Notes under the pieces: generated by a model | Told to the model about the DNA's origin: nothing | Database searches by the model: none | What the model saw: only the letters and a program-made list of their open reading frames with translations | Program-made: the position numbers and the translations under genes | Source of the DNA: Felis catus | Lineage: Eukaryota | Length of the DNA: 64,000 nucleotides | Assembly: GCF_018350175.1 (NCBI RefSeq) | Contig: NC_058371.1 | Coordinates: forward strand, 198,772,001 to 198,836,000 | Reading direction: 5' to 3' | Shown here: in pieces, positions 61,127 to 64,000 of the stretch | Layout: every line of letters begins with the position of its first letter | How positions within the stretch are numbered: position 1 is the stretch's first letter

Positions 61127-61894
61127 TCCCCTGCACCTCTCCTTTTTGCCTCCACTGCCGCGCCCTGGCCAGCCCCTCATCACCTCCTGACTAACTAGGA
61201 TCCCCACTGCAGCCTTTCCCCGGCCACCCTCCACTCTCGAGGCCTCTGGCTCCCACATCTGAGTCTGGGGAGCAGTGAGCACCTACTCAAGGTCAGAGGG
61301 TGCACTCTGGAACCCGGGAGAATCTGGAGAATGGCAGGGGCCTGGTGAGCCGTTTGAAGTTGTTTTAGTCCATTAAGACAGTTATTTTTGTCTGTAATGA
61401 ACAAAGATAGCCCTGCTGATTATTCCAGACAATGTACCACAGGTTCTGAGGGGACACCCCAAGGAAGTCCCAGGAAAGTCACGGCTAAGAGTACAATCAC
61501 TGCAGTTTTGTGCTTCGGAGCCCGGACAAGAAACCACTCAACCTGGGGGGGGGGGGGGGGGGTAAATGTGAAACTGTGCTGTGTATAAAATACACATCGA
61601 GCTGCCACTGCCCCCTGCATGACCTTTCACGCTGCTGTAAGTGTGGCACGCACACCACCGTCCTCTCTGCACACGCGCAGCTGTGACCCAGGAGCCCGAG
61701 CCCTGCCCAGTCCCATCCATCCTGTGCAAGGGAGAGCCTGCCTGTATCTCCTCACTGCCTGCCACACCAAAGGGGAAAGGCTGAGGGAGCCTGTGAGCAC
61801 CTGCCGTGTGCCTGGCACTACGATGCAAGAACCTCCTGGTCAGCTCACTCAGTCACTAGTGCAACGGTGAGGGGGCCACAAGTGGGTCAGGCCT

Positions 61895-62126
61895 GGGGTG
61901 GCCAGGTGGCTCAGTCGGTGAAGCGTCCGACTTCAGCTCAGGTCATGATCTCGCGGTCCGTGAGTTCAAGCCCCGCACTGGGCTCTGTGCTGACAGTTCA
62001 GAGCCTGGAGCCTGCTTCGGATTCTGTCTCCTCCTCTTTCTATGCCCCTCCCCACTTGCGCTCTCTCGAAAATAAATAATAATAATATAAAAATGAAAAA
62101 ACAACAACAAACAACAGCAACCACAC
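61895..62126 (+). mobile_element. Can-SINE in STX18 intron 7, tail decayed to (ATA)n/(ACA)n
   Basis: 14-bp TSD caagtgggtcaggc (61879-61892 / 62127-62140). Confidence 0.95.
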
Positions 62127-62519
62127 CAAGTGGGTCAGGCTTGGAGAAGAAACAGGAAGTCTGGAGAGCAAGAAGGTTGTGAGCCAGTTCTCTGCCCTCG
62201 GCAGCCAGCGTTCAAGGGAACAGGCACGCGCACCTGGCCACCCTCACGGGGCCCTGCCTGCAGACCTGTGCGTGTGACGTCTCTCAGTGGGCCCGGCGTG
62301 GCTCGCTCCTCTGCCAGCCTGTCCGTGTCAGTTTGCCCCGAGGCTCCTACACAGGCTACACTCCCTTACGCCCCCAGATCCCACCGGGGACTCCCGTGAA
62401 CTATGACACAGGGGAAAAGTGCGGGCTCAGGGCACAGGACGCGGCTTGCCTGTTCTACTGGCTCGGTGACCGTGGAGGGCTTTAGAGGTTTTGTGCCTTA
62501 TTCTTTTTCACGTGTACAG

Positions 62520-62900
62520 AGGGATAATTCCTACTTCACTGGACTGTTATAAAGAAGATCAAGTAAGACAACATGCATACCGGCTTGGCATTTAGGGAGC
62601 ATTCATAAGTGTACATAATAACAGTAATAACTTAAAGCTTGCATATCTCAGAGTTCTTACTGGTGATCCTGCCTGTAGTTTATACTCATCAAAGGCACTC
62701 ACCCACTCAAAAACCACTCTAGGCTCTGGGAATACGGCAACGAAAGCGGAAAAGTTCCTGCTCTCGTGGCACTTGTGTTCTAGGGGAGGGATGAGGGAAT
62801 AAAGTGGGGCACGGGGACAGAGTGGCCGGGGGCTGCCGCAGACTGGGTGGCCGGGAAGGCCTCTCTGAGGACGTAACACTTGGGACCTGCAAGACACGAA
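62520..62900. mobile_element. MIR and L2 fragments
   Basis: gggataattcctacttcactggactgttat (MIR); ctaggctctgggaatacggcaacgaaag...ggcctctctgagg (L2). Confidence 0.6.
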
Positions 62901-63924
62901 GACAGCAGTGAAGAGGAAGAGGCTGGCAACACGAGTGCCTCAGTCGGAGAGGCTCGAGGCTGGGACGCGCCCGGACCCTGTTCTGACGTGACAGGGCTTC
63001 GGCTCAGAGCTCTACTTCTCTTCTTCCACAGGCGACTTGGGTTAGAAATGTGTGAACCGATCAGTCATAAGCTCTACCGCTTATTAACAACCGGGGGACC
63101 TTGGGCCAGACACTCTACTGATTCTGCCAAAGTTAAAAGGAGACGGTGATGCCCCACCACCTCTGAACACGATCGTGAACAGGACCAGGGAGAAAACGAG
63201 CCCTGGAAAAGTTCTGTCCACTGTCAACCACGGTGTGAAGTGAGTTGCTGTCATTTGTCAGGGACAGCCACTGAAAGCACGCCGCGTGGGAACCAGCTTC
63301 CCCGCTCTTCAGGCCGAGGACAGCCTTCCGCCAGGGCAGCGCTAGGAAACGTCTGCTCCCAACCACAGACGGCGTATTCCCTTGGGCTCCGTCACGCCAA
63401 CGTCCAGACGCACTGTGGGCAGACACTGCTCTCAAGGAGCTGGCAGGGGCTCCTGCCAAGCCCGTCAGTTTCCTTTTGAAACTCACCCAGAGCGGACAAC
63501 CTACAATTGGCAACTGGACCTTAGCAGTCAAGGTGTGACTACATTTTTCAGGCATTACTTCTGCTTTCTCCGTGTCAGCATAGCGTCGGCAGTTCAAACA
63601 ATTAAAAAGCAGCACAGCGGTAATTATAAAAGACCCATTTAGTCTGGAGGACTATTTTACTGCAGCTGAAAAGGAATCTAATATTAGTACAATCATTCCA
63701 AGGCAATTTCTTCTTTAATTATGCTACGGCAAATTTAAAACTTATGAAAAGCATATGAAGAACTAGGAAATCAGGTGGAAAAGTTGTATCCACAATATGT
63801 GTTTATAATTTTGAAAACTCGCTATAACGATCAGGGCAAAGGCGTTTAGGATGATCTCCTACTTGGGGAAACAGTCTTACCAACACTAGTTAACAACACC
63901 CGACTGGGCAGAGAGCAGCCTTAC

Positions 63925-64000
63925 CATCTGTATTTCTTCTGGGGATAATTCGTCTTCACCTTTGCCGTCTCCCCACGTGCCCAATTCGGGTTGGGATTCA
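63925..64000 (-). CDS. STX18: STX18 exon 7 (partial, cut by the window end), ESQPELGTWGDGKGEDELSPEEIQM
   Basis: Donor ATG|GTAAG at 63924, phase 0. Peptide matches syntaxin-18. Confidence 0.96.

Overview
Mammalian genomic DNA, almost certainly a felid: it carries many tRNA-derived Can-SINEs of the SINEC_Fc type. It is syntenic with the human 4p16 NSG1-STX18 interval (recognised from protein sequence; species not determined). It contains the near-complete NSG1 gene (NEEP21) on the + strand. NSG1 has a CpG-island promoter at about 18.0-19.7 kb, a non-coding exon 1, a first coding exon hidden in a 156-nt N gap, and coding exons at 22884-23000, 41225-41335 and 48110-48313. It also contains the 3' part of STX18 (syntaxin-18) on the - strand, tail-to-tail with NSG1: exon 7 (partial) and exons 8-11, numbered after the human gene as recalled. 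The rest is intronic or intergenic DNA with L1, L2, MIR, MLT1/ERV LTR and Can-SINE repeats. Nearly all long ORFs in the six-frame track are chance GC-rich frames. I found no new protein-coding system. The most interesting signals are in STX18 intron 7. There are two candidate PTC-containing (poison) cassette exons: one has a TACTAAT branch point, the other has its 3' splice site folded into a hairpin. There is also a canonical RE1/NRSE site and a perfect 16-bp CLEAR palindrome. Interleaved poly(A) signals could switch an NSG1/STX18 sense-antisense overlap on or off. All regulatory calls are motif-level inferences that need testing.
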